A DNA stretch of 36,834 nt from Bacillota bacterium. Its GTDB lineage: Bacteria; Bacillota; Limnochordia; Darwinibacteriales; Darwinibacteriaceae. The stretch covers positions 1 to 36,834 of the forward strand of contig JAAYSR010000015.1 in assembly GCA_012518325.1 (NCBI GenBank), given 5' to 3'. The notes beneath the pieces are model-generated. The model searched no databases, was not told the DNA's origin, and saw nothing but the letters and a program-made list of their open reading frames with translations. Position 1 is the first letter of the stretch. Each line of letters starts with the position of its first letter. Made by a program: the position numbers and the translations under genes. Positions 1-6,048 of the stretch are shown one piece after another.

Positions 1-347
1 ACAACCTTCACCTGAATGTCCTCATCCAGCATGGTGCTGGCCAGCACTGCGGACTGGTAAGTCCCGCTCATCTTGCTGCTCAAATGCACAGAAATAATGG
101 TGTCGCCGGGCTGGGCAATCGCTTCATACATAGCCACAAAATCCGCCGGCGAAGGCTGACAGGTGCTGGGCATCTCACTTTCTGTCCGCAGTTTTCCATA
201 GAACTCTGCGACAGATATTTCTTCGCCGTCTTTATAAATCTCTGAACCGAACTGCACTGTCAAAGGCACTACATTGATCCCCAAGCGCTCGCGAATGTCC
301 AAGGAAAGATCGGATCCACTATCGGTGACGACATGGATTTTACCCAT
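1..347 (-). CDS. DegV family fatty-acid-binding protein (FakB-like), N-terminal part; the gene runs off the window edge
   Basis: Reading the minus strand from the ATG at 347 gives MGKIHVVTDSGSDLSLDIRERLGINVVPLTVQFGSEIYKDGEE..., a typical DegV N-terminus. A GGGAGGGG Shine-Dalgarno lies just upstream. It sits directly downstream of the DAK2/FakA gene. It is absent from the ORF track because the window truncates it. Confidence 0.8.
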   Translation of the reverse strand, partial: MGKIHVVTDSGSDLSLDIRERLGINVVPLTVQFGSEIYKDGEEISVAEFYGKLRTESEMPSTCQPSPADFVAMYEAIAQPGDTIISVHLSSKMSGTYQSAVLASTMLDEDIQVKV

Positions 348-362
348 CACTTTTCCCCTCCC

Positions 363-2063
363 TTATTCTACTGAGACGATATAGTAATATAATGGCTGAC
401 CGCCGGAGTAGACCTCCACTTCGCAATCGGGGTACTTCTCATGCAGTGCTTCGCCTAAAAGTTCTGCCTGATCGGCCTGTTGATCCTCTCCATAGTAAAT
501 GCTGATAACCGTCGAGTCTTCGTCAACCATGGTCGCCAAAAGGTCAAAAGCGACGTCATTGGGATTGGAGCCTACCACCGCAATCTTGCCTTCTGCCAGC
601 CCGATGATGTCCCTTTCTTCAATCTGCAGATCGCCGGCCACGGTGGAACGGACCGCGTAGGTGATCTCACCTGTTTTCACTTCGCCGAGGCTGCTTTCCA
701 TGGCAGCCAGATTATCCTCCAGGGGATCGTCCTGCACAAAGTACATCAAGGCGCTGATACCCTGGGGGGCTGAGCGCGTCGGAACAACCCCGACCTCTTT
801 GTCCACAAGTTCTTTGACCTGCTGGGCCGAGAAAATCACGTTTTTGTTGTTCGGCAAAATGATCACCGATTTTGCATTTACGGCGTTTACAGCCTTCACC
901 AAGTCTTCTGTACTGGGATTCATGGTTTGACCGCCGGTTACAATATAATCCACGCCCAGGCTGCGGAAAATGTCAGCCAGGCCGTCGCCGGCCACAACTG
1001 CCACAACCCCTACTTCTTTGGCTGCATTGGACTGGGCCGCCACTTGCGGAAAGTCCACAACATTGTCCACATTGGTGGAGTAATCCAGGCGGTGGTTCTC
1101 TCCGTTCCCGGCAAACTCCTGATTCTGCAGCATCATATTGTCAATGGCGATTTCGGTCAGGTTGCCCAAATCGCCGCAGTACTGCAGGATCTTGCCCGGA
1201 TAGTCGGTATGGATGTGCACCTTGGTTACATGCTCATCCCCAACAACGATGACCGAGTCACCCTGGGTTTCCAGCTCTTTGCGGACTTCCTCGGGGTCAA
1301 TTCCTTCACCGAGGATGATAAACTCAGTACAGTATTTATTGACCAGCACTTCTTCCTGAATTTTCGCAACTTCAACCGGCTCGGCAGCTGCTTCGCGCTG
1401 CTGTGCCAGGATTTCTTCCAGCTCTTCCGGGGAAGTAGTGAGCCCTGCCCAGAACCCTTCAAAGATGCAGACAAGCCCCTGGCCTCCGGCATCCACTACG
1501 CCGGCTTCCTTTAGCACAGGCAGCATGCTGGGCGTATCCGCCAGAGCCTTCTGCGCGCCGAGCAAGGCAGCCTTGATCACGCCTGTCGCGTCCTTGCCCT
1601 CCTCAGCAGCCTCCTGGGCAGCTTCGGAAGCTACGCGGGCGACGGTGAGCATTGTTCCTTCCACTGGTTTCATCACGGCCCGATAGGTAGTCTGGGAGGC
1701 GGAAACGAAGGCGCGGGCAATATCCTCGCCTGTGGCTTCATTTTTTATATCCGCGAGTCCGTCGCCGAAGCCGCGGAAAAACTGGGACAAAATGACGCCG
1801 CTGTTTCCCCTGGCCCCCATCAGGGATCCCCGGGCCAACAGCTTGGTCAATGATCCGATTTGATTGTCCTTAGCCCTGTCCAGCTCTTTCACCGCGGCGT
1901 TAAGCGTCAGGGACATGTTTGTCCCGGTATCGCCGTCCGGCACAGGAAACACATTAAGGGCATTTACTGTATCTTTTTGCTGCTCGAGGTTGCGCGCTGC
2001 CACCAGCAGCATGTTTTTTAGCGTTACACCGTTTATAACGTCCAAAACACTTCCTCCGATCAC
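363..2063 (-). CDS. fakA: DAK2-domain fatty acid kinase subunit FakA (YloV family)
   Basis: The 566 aa ORF carries the motifs PVPDGDTGTNM, GARGNSGVILSQ, MKPVEGT, GGQTMNPSTED and LPNNKNV, and ends GGQPLYYYIVSVE. These match the remembered Staphylococcus FakA / Bacillus YloV over the full length. The GTG at 2063 overlaps the asp23 stop (GTGA). An alternative TTG at 2045 has a GGAGGA SD 6 nt upstream and may be the real start. Confidence 0.9.
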   Translation of the reverse strand: MIGGSVLDVINGVTLKNMLLVAARNLEQQKDTVNALNVFPVPDGDTGTNMSLTLNAAVKELDRAKDNQIGSLTKLLARGSLMGARGNSGVILSQFFRGFGDGLADIKNEATGEDIARAFVSASQTTYRAVMKPVEGTMLTVARVASEAAQEAAEEGKDATGVIKAALLGAQKALADTPSMLPVLKEAGVVDAGGQGLVCIFEGFWAGLTTSPEELEEILAQQREAAAEPVEVAKIQEEVLVNKYCTEFIILGEGIDPEEVRKELETQGDSVIVVGDEHVTKVHIHTDYPGKILQYCGDLGNLTEIAIDNMMLQNQEFAGNGENHRLDYSTNVDNVVDFPQVAAQSNAAKEVGVVAVVAGDGLADIFRSLGVDYIVTGGQTMNPSTEDLVKAVNAVNAKSVIILPNNKNVIFSAQQVKELVDKEVGVVPTRSAPQGISALMYFVQDDPLEDNLAAMESSLGEVKTGEITYAVRSTVAGDLQIEERDIIGLAEGKIAVVGSNPNDVAFDLLATMVDEDSTVISIYYGEDQQADQAELLGEALHEKYPDCEVEVYSGGQPLYYYIVSVE

Positions 2064-2428
2064 TTTCTCTTTGCAGAAGTAACCCGCACACTCTGGACCT
2101 TGACGTTGATGCTCTCAACGTTGAGGCCGAGCATGGTTTCAACTGCATACTTGACCCGCTCCTGCACGATTCTGGCGACTTCCGAGATCTTGACGCCGTA
2201 CTCCACTACAATGTACAGAGTGATCGTGACACTATCTTCATTAAACTGAATGTCGACGCCGCGCTCAAAATTGTCACGGCGGAGCAAGTCAGTGAGTTCG
2301 TCCTGAATATTGCGTGGGGCCATGCCCACCAGCCCATAGCATTCCATGGCTGCAACACCGGCGATGGTGGCGATGACCTCTTCACGTATGGAAACTCTTC
2401 CATATTGGGCTTGAATTTCTTGGGCCAC
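2060..2428 (-). CDS. Asp23/Gls24 family alkaline shock protein (YloU-like)
   Basis: The 122 aa ORF has the Asp23-type N-terminus ([27 protein letters not shown]). It starts at a GTG with a GGGGG SD, and sits upstream of fakA as in the B. subtilis yloU-yloV pair. Confidence 0.85.
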   Translation of the reverse strand: MAQEIQAQYGRVSIREEVIATIAGVAAMECYGLVGMAPRNIQDELTDLLRRDNFERGVDIQFNEDSVTITLYIVVEYGVKISEVARIVQERVKYAVETMLGLNVESINVKVQSVRVTSAKRK

Positions 2429-2481
2429 TTATACGTTCCCCCCTAAAAGATTGCCAAAATGGACCATAATCTATCATACCC

Positions 2482-2509
2482 ATTCTAACCATTTGCACCC
2501 TACTTGTAA
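2482..2509 (-). promoter_or_regulatory. Possible sigma-A-type promoter for the asp23-fakA-degV unit
   Basis: The minus strand reads TTACAA (2509-2504), a 16 nt spacer, then TAGAAT (2487-2482), about 50 nt upstream of the asp23 start. This is a hexamer match only. Confidence 0.35.
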
Positions 2510-2524
2510 AGGATTTTATCCTGA

Positions 2525-2557
2525 CAGGCTTTTGCGCTTGCAATCTGCAAAAGCCTG
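2525..2557. repeat. Perfect 11-bp inverted repeat with an 11-bp spacer, overlapping the rpmB -35 box
   Basis: CAGGCTTTTGC (2525-2535) and GCAAAAGCCTG (2547-2557) are exact reverse complements. No U-tract follows on either strand, so it does not look like a terminator. Confidence 0.6.
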
Positions 2558-2566
2558 TGCTAAAAT
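2538..2566 (+). promoter_or_regulatory. Sigma-A-type promoter for rpmB
   Basis: TTGCAA (2538-2543), a 17 nt spacer, then TAAAAT (2561-2566) preceded by an extended -10 TGc. It lies about 40 nt upstream of the rpmB ATG. Confidence 0.5.
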
Positions 2567-2606
2567 TGAATTCGTTATGGAAACTTGTTCAAAGGGGGTA
2601 GAAGAC

Positions 2607-2798
2607 ATGGCCAGAAGGTGCGTTATTTGCGACAAAGGCACCGCGTTCGGCAACAACAGAAGCCACGCTGAGAATAAAACGCGCAGGAACTGGAAGCCAA
2701 ACCTGCAGAAGGCTCGCATCGTGTTCAATGGAAGTCACAGACGGGCTTATGTATGCACAAGATGCTTAAAAAGCGGAAAAGTAGAACGTGCCTTATAG
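2607..2798 (+). CDS. rpmB: 50S ribosomal protein L28
   Basis: The internal ATG at 2607 within ORF 2451..2798 gives [63 protein letters not shown] (63 aa), a classic L28. An AAAGGGGG SD lies at 2591-2598. Confidence 0.93.
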   Translation: MARRCVICDKGTAFGNNRSHAENKTRRNWKPNLQKARIVFNGSHRRAYVCTRCLKSGKVERAL

Positions 2799-2830
2799 TT
2801 TCGCCCCTGTATCAATTTGCCTGTGAACAT

Positions 2831-2862
2831 AATACCCCTAGGGTTTTCCTAGGGGTATTTTA
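2831..2862. terminator. Bidirectional intrinsic terminator between rpmB (+) and thiN (-)
   Basis: A 12-bp perfect stem pairs AATACCCCTAGG (2831-2842) with CCTAGGGGTATT (2848-2859) around a 5 nt loop. The flanks are T-rich on the plus strand and A-rich upstream. Confidence 0.7.
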
Positions 2863-2864
2863 TG

Positions 2865-3503
2865 TCAGATTACGGCTAAAAGAACTCCTTCAGCCAGCGT
2901 CACGGAAATATCCTCTGCCGCAGCTGCATTGCTGATGGACAGTGTGCTGCCCTTCCTCAGGGTTGCACCCCGCAAAGGATAGAGCAGGCCTGAAGTGGAA
3001 ACGTCCCTTACTTCCGGAGTGAGGGGAATCAGTGAGACATAGCTCCCTTCTGCCACCCGGGCCTGAAACTCGGTGCAAAATGCGCTGAGGCGATGATCCC
3101 GGGTCAAGAGCCAGTTCTCGATCCCGGCACTGGCCAGGCGGAAGAGCAGTTCAATATTTCCCAAGGAATGATCGATGCGGCTGCCCCAGGCGCCGGCCAT
3201 CGTTATGCTTGCCGCCCCTCGCTGCAGCGCGTATTCAACCGCCAGGTCCAGATCAGTCTGATCCTTCCTGGCCGGCACAACTTGGAAAGGGACGCCTAAA
3301 CCCTGCCAATGCTCCTTGGTTTCCTGGTCGAGGGAGTCCTGATCGCCGATGATAATCTCTGGCTTAAGCTGCCAGAGTCGGGCGAGTGCTGCTCCTCCGT
3401 CGGCACAGATCACCAGGGTGCCTTCTGCAAGGGCAGGCGGCGAAAGCGGTACATCGCCGCCCGATGCCAAGATCAGGGCACTCTTACTTGTATTCCGGCT
3501 CAA
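2865..3503 (-). CDS. thiN: Thiamine pyrophosphokinase
   Basis: The 212 aa ORF has TPK motifs (IIIGDQDS, KDQTDLDLA) and a C-terminal thiamine-binding-type domain. Its position matches yloS/thiN in B. subtilis synteny. Its start overlaps the thiT end by 20 nt. Confidence 0.85.
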   Translation of the reverse strand: MSRNTSKSALILASGGDVPLSPPALAEGTLVICADGGAALARLWQLKPEIIIGDQDSLDQETKEHWQGLGVPFQVVPARKDQTDLDLAVEYALQRGAASITMAGAWGSRIDHSLGNIELLFRLASAGIENWLLTRDHRLSAFCTEFQARVAEGSYVSLIPLTPEVRDVSTSGLLYPLRGATLRKGSTLSISNAAAAEDISVTLAEGVLLAVI

Positions 3504-4008
3504 AAAGATCCCTCCGTCCGCTGAGAAGCATGATGACTGCCCCTACAATCAGTGCTTCGGGAACCATGTACCAAGCATTATACACCAGGGAATGAACGAT
3601 CACCGGCGTTCCCTCCGGTGCATACTCAGCAAAAAACACAACTCCTGCCACAACGTGGATGACATAGCGCAAAAGCGATCCGGCAGCCACACCCAGCGGG
3701 CGATTCTGCCTCAGCAGGCCAAAGCCTGCAATCCCCAGAAGCATATAGGGTACCGGATAGTCCAGGAACAGCTGCACTGGATGGATCACGAAGGGCGAAA
3801 TCAAAAGCTTGGCGAAACCCAACAAACCCCCGCCCAACATGCCGATTCTGCCGCCGTGGCGGAAGGCAAGGAGGAAGATGGGGACCATCTCCAAAGACAC
3901 GCTTCCCCCCTGGGGCATCCGAAACAGCTTCAAGAAAGACAGGAGAACAGCAGCGGCAACTAAAAGAGATACTTCCACCATCGTCCGCAAATTCTTGTTA
4001 CGCATCAT
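3484..4008 (-). CDS. thiT: ECF-type thiamine transporter S component ThiT
   Basis: This is a small polytopic membrane protein (MMRNKNLRTMVEVSLLVAAAVLLSFLKLFRMPQGGSVSLEMVPIFLLAFRHG...) typical of ThiT. It lies directly downstream of a TPP riboswitch. I place the start at the ATG at 4008, which has a GAGGAGG SD 6 nt upstream. The ORF-track start at 4041 lacks an SD and would run into the riboswitch terminator tail. Confidence 0.8.
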   Translation of the reverse strand: MMRNKNLRTMVEVSLLVAAAVLLSFLKLFRMPQGGSVSLEMVPIFLLAFRHGGRIGMLGGGLLGFAKLLISPFVIHPVQLFLDYPVPYMLLGIAGFGLLRQNRPLGVAAGSLLRYVIHVVAGVVFFAEYAPEGTPVIVHSLVYNAWYMVPEALIVGAVIMLLSGRRDLFEPEYK

Positions 4009-4052
4009 GAAAACCTCCTCAGAACTTCGATTCCGTTCCACAGGAAGGCGCT

Positions 4053-4087
4053 AAATAGAAAAGACACGGCAGCAGCGGTCCATGTCT
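4053..4087 (-). terminator. Expression-platform terminator of the TPP riboswitch
   Basis: The minus-strand RNA reads AGACAUGG-ACCGCUGCUG-CCGUGUCU followed by UUUCUAUUU. The loop CCGCU can alternatively pair with the AGCGG 3' strand of aptamer P1, a plausible antiterminator. Confidence 0.6.
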
Positions 4088-4094
4088 TGGTCTA

Positions 4095-4178
4095 CCGCTT
4101 CCCTACGCTGGAATTATCCAACAGGTTCTAAGGGTTAGGGTCGCAAACCCACTCTCAGCCTCACAGCACCCCTAGCGG
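4095..4178 (-). promoter_or_regulatory. TPP (THI-box) riboswitch aptamer
   Basis: The minus strand reads CCGCUAGGGGUGCUGUGAGGCUGAGAGUGGGUUUGCGACCCUAACCCUUAGAACCUGUUGGAUAAUUCCAGCGUAGGGAAGCGG. All hallmark blocks are present (GGGGUGC, CUGAGA, ACCC, AACCUG, GGAUAAU, CCAGCGUAGGGAA). A closing P1 pairs CCGCU with AGCGG. It sits upstream of thiT. Confidence 0.9.
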
Positions 4179-4247
4179 AACTATATCGTTTGCCCTATAC
4201 TTCTACTTTCCCTGCGAAAATCCTCCCCTAAATTTTGCACGCAGACG

Positions 4248-4277
4248 AAGGGCATCCTTGGCGGCCAGGATGCCCTC
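4248..4277 (-). terminator. GC-rich stem-loop (possible attenuator or weak terminator) between the upstream leader and the TPP riboswitch
   Basis: The minus-strand RNA reads GAGGGCAUCCUGG-CCG-CCAAGGAUGCCCUU, with at least a 10 bp stem. It is followed by UUCGUCUG only, so the U-tract is poor. Confidence 0.3.
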
Positions 4278-4280
4278 ATT

Positions 4281-4347
4281 TGCCCTACCGGGTGGTCAGG
4301 TCCGCTTTCTTGAAGGTTTCGCGGCTAGCGAAATCTCAGCGCCCAGG
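4281..4347 (-). promoter_or_regulatory. Truncated TPP-aptamer-like element (uncertain)
   Basis: The minus strand reads GGGCGCUGAGA-UUUCGC/UAGCC/GCGAAA-CC..GGACCUGACCACCCGGUAGGGCAA. It has CUGAGA (4339-4334), ACCUGA (4301-4296) and GUAGGG (4288-4283) in the same order as the canonical aptamer. The GGAUAAU..CCAGC arm is missing. Confidence 0.3.
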
Positions 4348-4436
4348 GATGTGGTTTTATTTTATAGGTGATCGACTAAAAGTCTCTGCTGACCTCCCTT
4401 CTCTATATGTTGACCCTATCCACCCAGCCTGATTAC

Positions 4437-4465
4437 ATAATACATTGAATTATCTGACTTGTCAA
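4437..4465 (-). promoter_or_regulatory. Near-consensus sigma-A promoter driving the thiT leader
   Basis: The minus strand reads TTGACA (4465-4460), exactly 17 nt of spacer, then TATTAT (4442-4437). The predicted 5' end is near 4430. It lies just downstream of the rpe terminator. Confidence 0.55.
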
Positions 4466-4499
4466 GCTTAGTATTATAGTTTTATGAACAATTACGGCG

Positions 4500-4527
4500 A
4501 AAAAAAAGACAAGGTTACCCTTGTCTT
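4500..4527 (-). terminator. Intrinsic terminator of rpe
   Basis: The minus-strand RNA reads AGACAAGG-GUAA-CCUUGUCU followed by UUUUUUU. The hairpin overlaps the rpe TAA stop codon. Confidence 0.75.
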
Positions 4528-5165
4528 GCGATAGCACGCATCTGCTCGATGTAGGCCGTTGGATCCTCTGCCCCGAAGATGGACGATCCGGCTACGAAGT
4601 TGTTAGCCCCGGCCTTGATCAAATCTGCCAAGTTGTCTACTCCGATGCCTCCATCTACCTGCAGCTCAATGGGGCGGTCCCCAATCAGTTCGCTGCAGTC
4701 CCGCACCTTCTCCAGCATGGCAGGGATGAACTTCTGCCCGCCAAAGCCCGGGTTCACAGTCATGAGCATGATCAGATCCAGATCATCGAGGATGTACTTC
4801 AGGCCGTTGAGGGGCGTGTGGGGGTTCAACGAGACTCCCGCTTTAATCCCTAAGTCCCGGATTTTCCTCAAGGTGCTCTGCAAATGGGTCACCGCTTCGT
4901 AGTGAACGGTTATAAACTCCGGCTCCACTGAGGCGAATTCCGCCAGGAAATGCTCAGCACCATTCATCATCAGATGTATATCGAGGGGGACGTCGGAACA
5001 TCGCTTAGCGGCCGTAATGACCGGCATGCCGAAGGTAATGTTAGGTACATAATTGCCGTCCATGACATCCATGTGCAAGAGGTCGGCGTTTTTCACCTTC
5101 TCCAACTCACCCCGCAAGTTGCTCAAATCTGCTGCTAAAACTGAAGGACTGATTCTTATTTCCAT
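4515..5165 (-). CDS. rpe: Ribulose-phosphate 3-epimerase
   Basis: The 216 aa ORF shows typical Rpe sequence (ISPSVLAADLSNL, HMDVMDGNYVPNITFG, MTVNPGFGGQKFI, VDGGI). Confidence 0.93.
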   Translation of the reverse strand: MEIRISPSVLAADLSNLRGELEKVKNADLLHMDVMDGNYVPNITFGMPVITAAKRCSDVPLDIHLMMNGAEHFLAEFASVEPEFITVHYEAVTHLQSTLRKIRDLGIKAGVSLNPHTPLNGLKYILDDLDLIMLMTVNPGFGGQKFIPAMLEKVRDCSELIGDRPIELQVDGGIGVDNLADLIKAGANNFVAGSSIFGAEDPTAYIEQMRAIARQG

Positions 5166-5181
5166 TACTGCTGTCTCCTTT

Positions 5182-6045
5182 CTAGTACCGGGGCGCTGCT
5201 TCCCCGAGCATAATCAAATAATGTTCATATCTTCTTTCCAGGATCTCTCCCCGCTGCACCGCATCTTTCACCATGCACCCCGGCTCCTGATGATGCAGGC
5301 AGCCCCTGAACCGGCATGACTCAAGATAGTCGCAGAACTCAGGAAAGGCAAACTGCAGATCCCGCTGCTGTTCCGGTTCTATGTTCAGTCTCGAAAAACC
5401 CGGGCTATCGGCTACCAAACCGCCGCCAACGGACAAGAGCTCCACACTGCGGGTAGTGTGCCTGCCCCTTTGGGTTTTTGCGCTTACGTTCGCTGTCTCT
5501 AGATTCAGGCCGGGTTCAAGGGCATTCAGCAGAGAAGATTTCCCTGCCCCTGAAGGGCCGGCCAAAGTAGTGATCCTGCCCTGCAGCATCGCCCTCAGCT
5601 CTTCCAGCCCCCGCTTTTCCTGTGCACTGGTAATCAAGGTCGGATAGGAAATCTTGGCATACATGGCCCTGAGCTCCAAAGCCCCCTTCGGATCCAGGTC
5701 CCCTTTGTTAAATACGACTATGCAGTCAATCCCCGCGAGCTCCGCCTGGACCAGAATACGGTCAAGCAGCAGGAGATTCGGGGCCGGGTTTTGCACAGCA
5801 GTGACAACCACCGCCTGATCCACGTTGGCAATGGCGGGCCGGGTCAGTTCGCTTGTGCGCGGCAGGATACTCTCGACAACGCCCCGGCTGCCACCGGGTT
5901 CCCTGGAGATCTCAACTCTGTCTCCTACCAGAACCCTGTCATCCCTCAGGCGCAGCCTGCCCCGGAGGGTGCAGGCCACAAGCCCCGCCTCGGTCTGCAC
6001 ATCGTATGTTCCACCTATGCCTTTAACGATAATTCCCTTTTCCAT
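5182..6045 (-). CDS. rsgA: Ribosome small-subunit-dependent GTPase A
   Basis: The 287 aa ORF has a circularly permuted GTPase layout (NKGDL before GPSGAGKSSL) and a C-terminal zinc cluster (CRFRGCLHHQEPGC). It lies downstream of the kinase as cpgA does in Bacillus. Confidence 0.92.
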   Translation of the reverse strand: MEKGIIVKGIGGTYDVQTEAGLVACTLRGRLRLRDDRVLVGDRVEISREPGGSRGVVESILPRTSELTRPAIANVDQAVVVTAVQNPAPNLLLLDRILVQAELAGIDCIVVFNKGDLDPKGALELRAMYAKISYPTLITSAQEKRGLEELRAMLQGRITTLAGPSGAGKSSLLNALEPGLNLETANVSAKTQRGRHTTRSVELLSVGGGLVADSPGFSRLNIEPEQQRDLQFAFPEFCDYLESCRFRGCLHHQEPGCMVKDAVQRGEILERRYEHYLIMLGEAAPRY

Positions 6046-6048
6046 AAA

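Noticed and set aside
2451-2606. The N-terminal extension of the rpmB ORF (115 aa version starting at 2451).
   Set aside because: L28 is about 60 aa. The internal ATG at 2607 has a good SD, the upstream part contains the predicted promoter, and its translation is not L28-like.
4391-4400. A Shine-Dalgarno-like AAGGGAGGU in the thiT leader (and a second, AGGGGAGGA, at 4221-4229) that might mark a leader peptide or a SpoVM-like mini-ORF.
   Set aside because: No ATG, GTG or TTG lies within a usable distance downstream of either motif, and stop codons follow quickly in all frames (for example ...CAGCAGAGACUUUUAG). I treat them as RNA structural or sequestering elements.
4180-4430. Alternative identities for the thiT upstream leader: T-box, preQ1, cobalamin, SAM, glycine, c-di-GMP, ZTP and guanidine riboswitches.
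   Set aside because: None of the hallmark cores I know for these classes is present. Missing, for example, are the T-box GGUGGUACCGCG, the B12 box, the preQ1 CCCUC.AUAAAAAACUA after a short hairpin, and the GEMM ACGCAAAGC. Only TPP-like blocks are recognisable.
4235-4432. A 65 aa plus-strand ORF in the rpe-thiT intergenic region.
   Set aside because: It has no SD and an arbitrary composition. It lies antisense to a region with a strong minus-strand promoter and RNA-like structure, so a non-coding leader or sRNA explains the region better.
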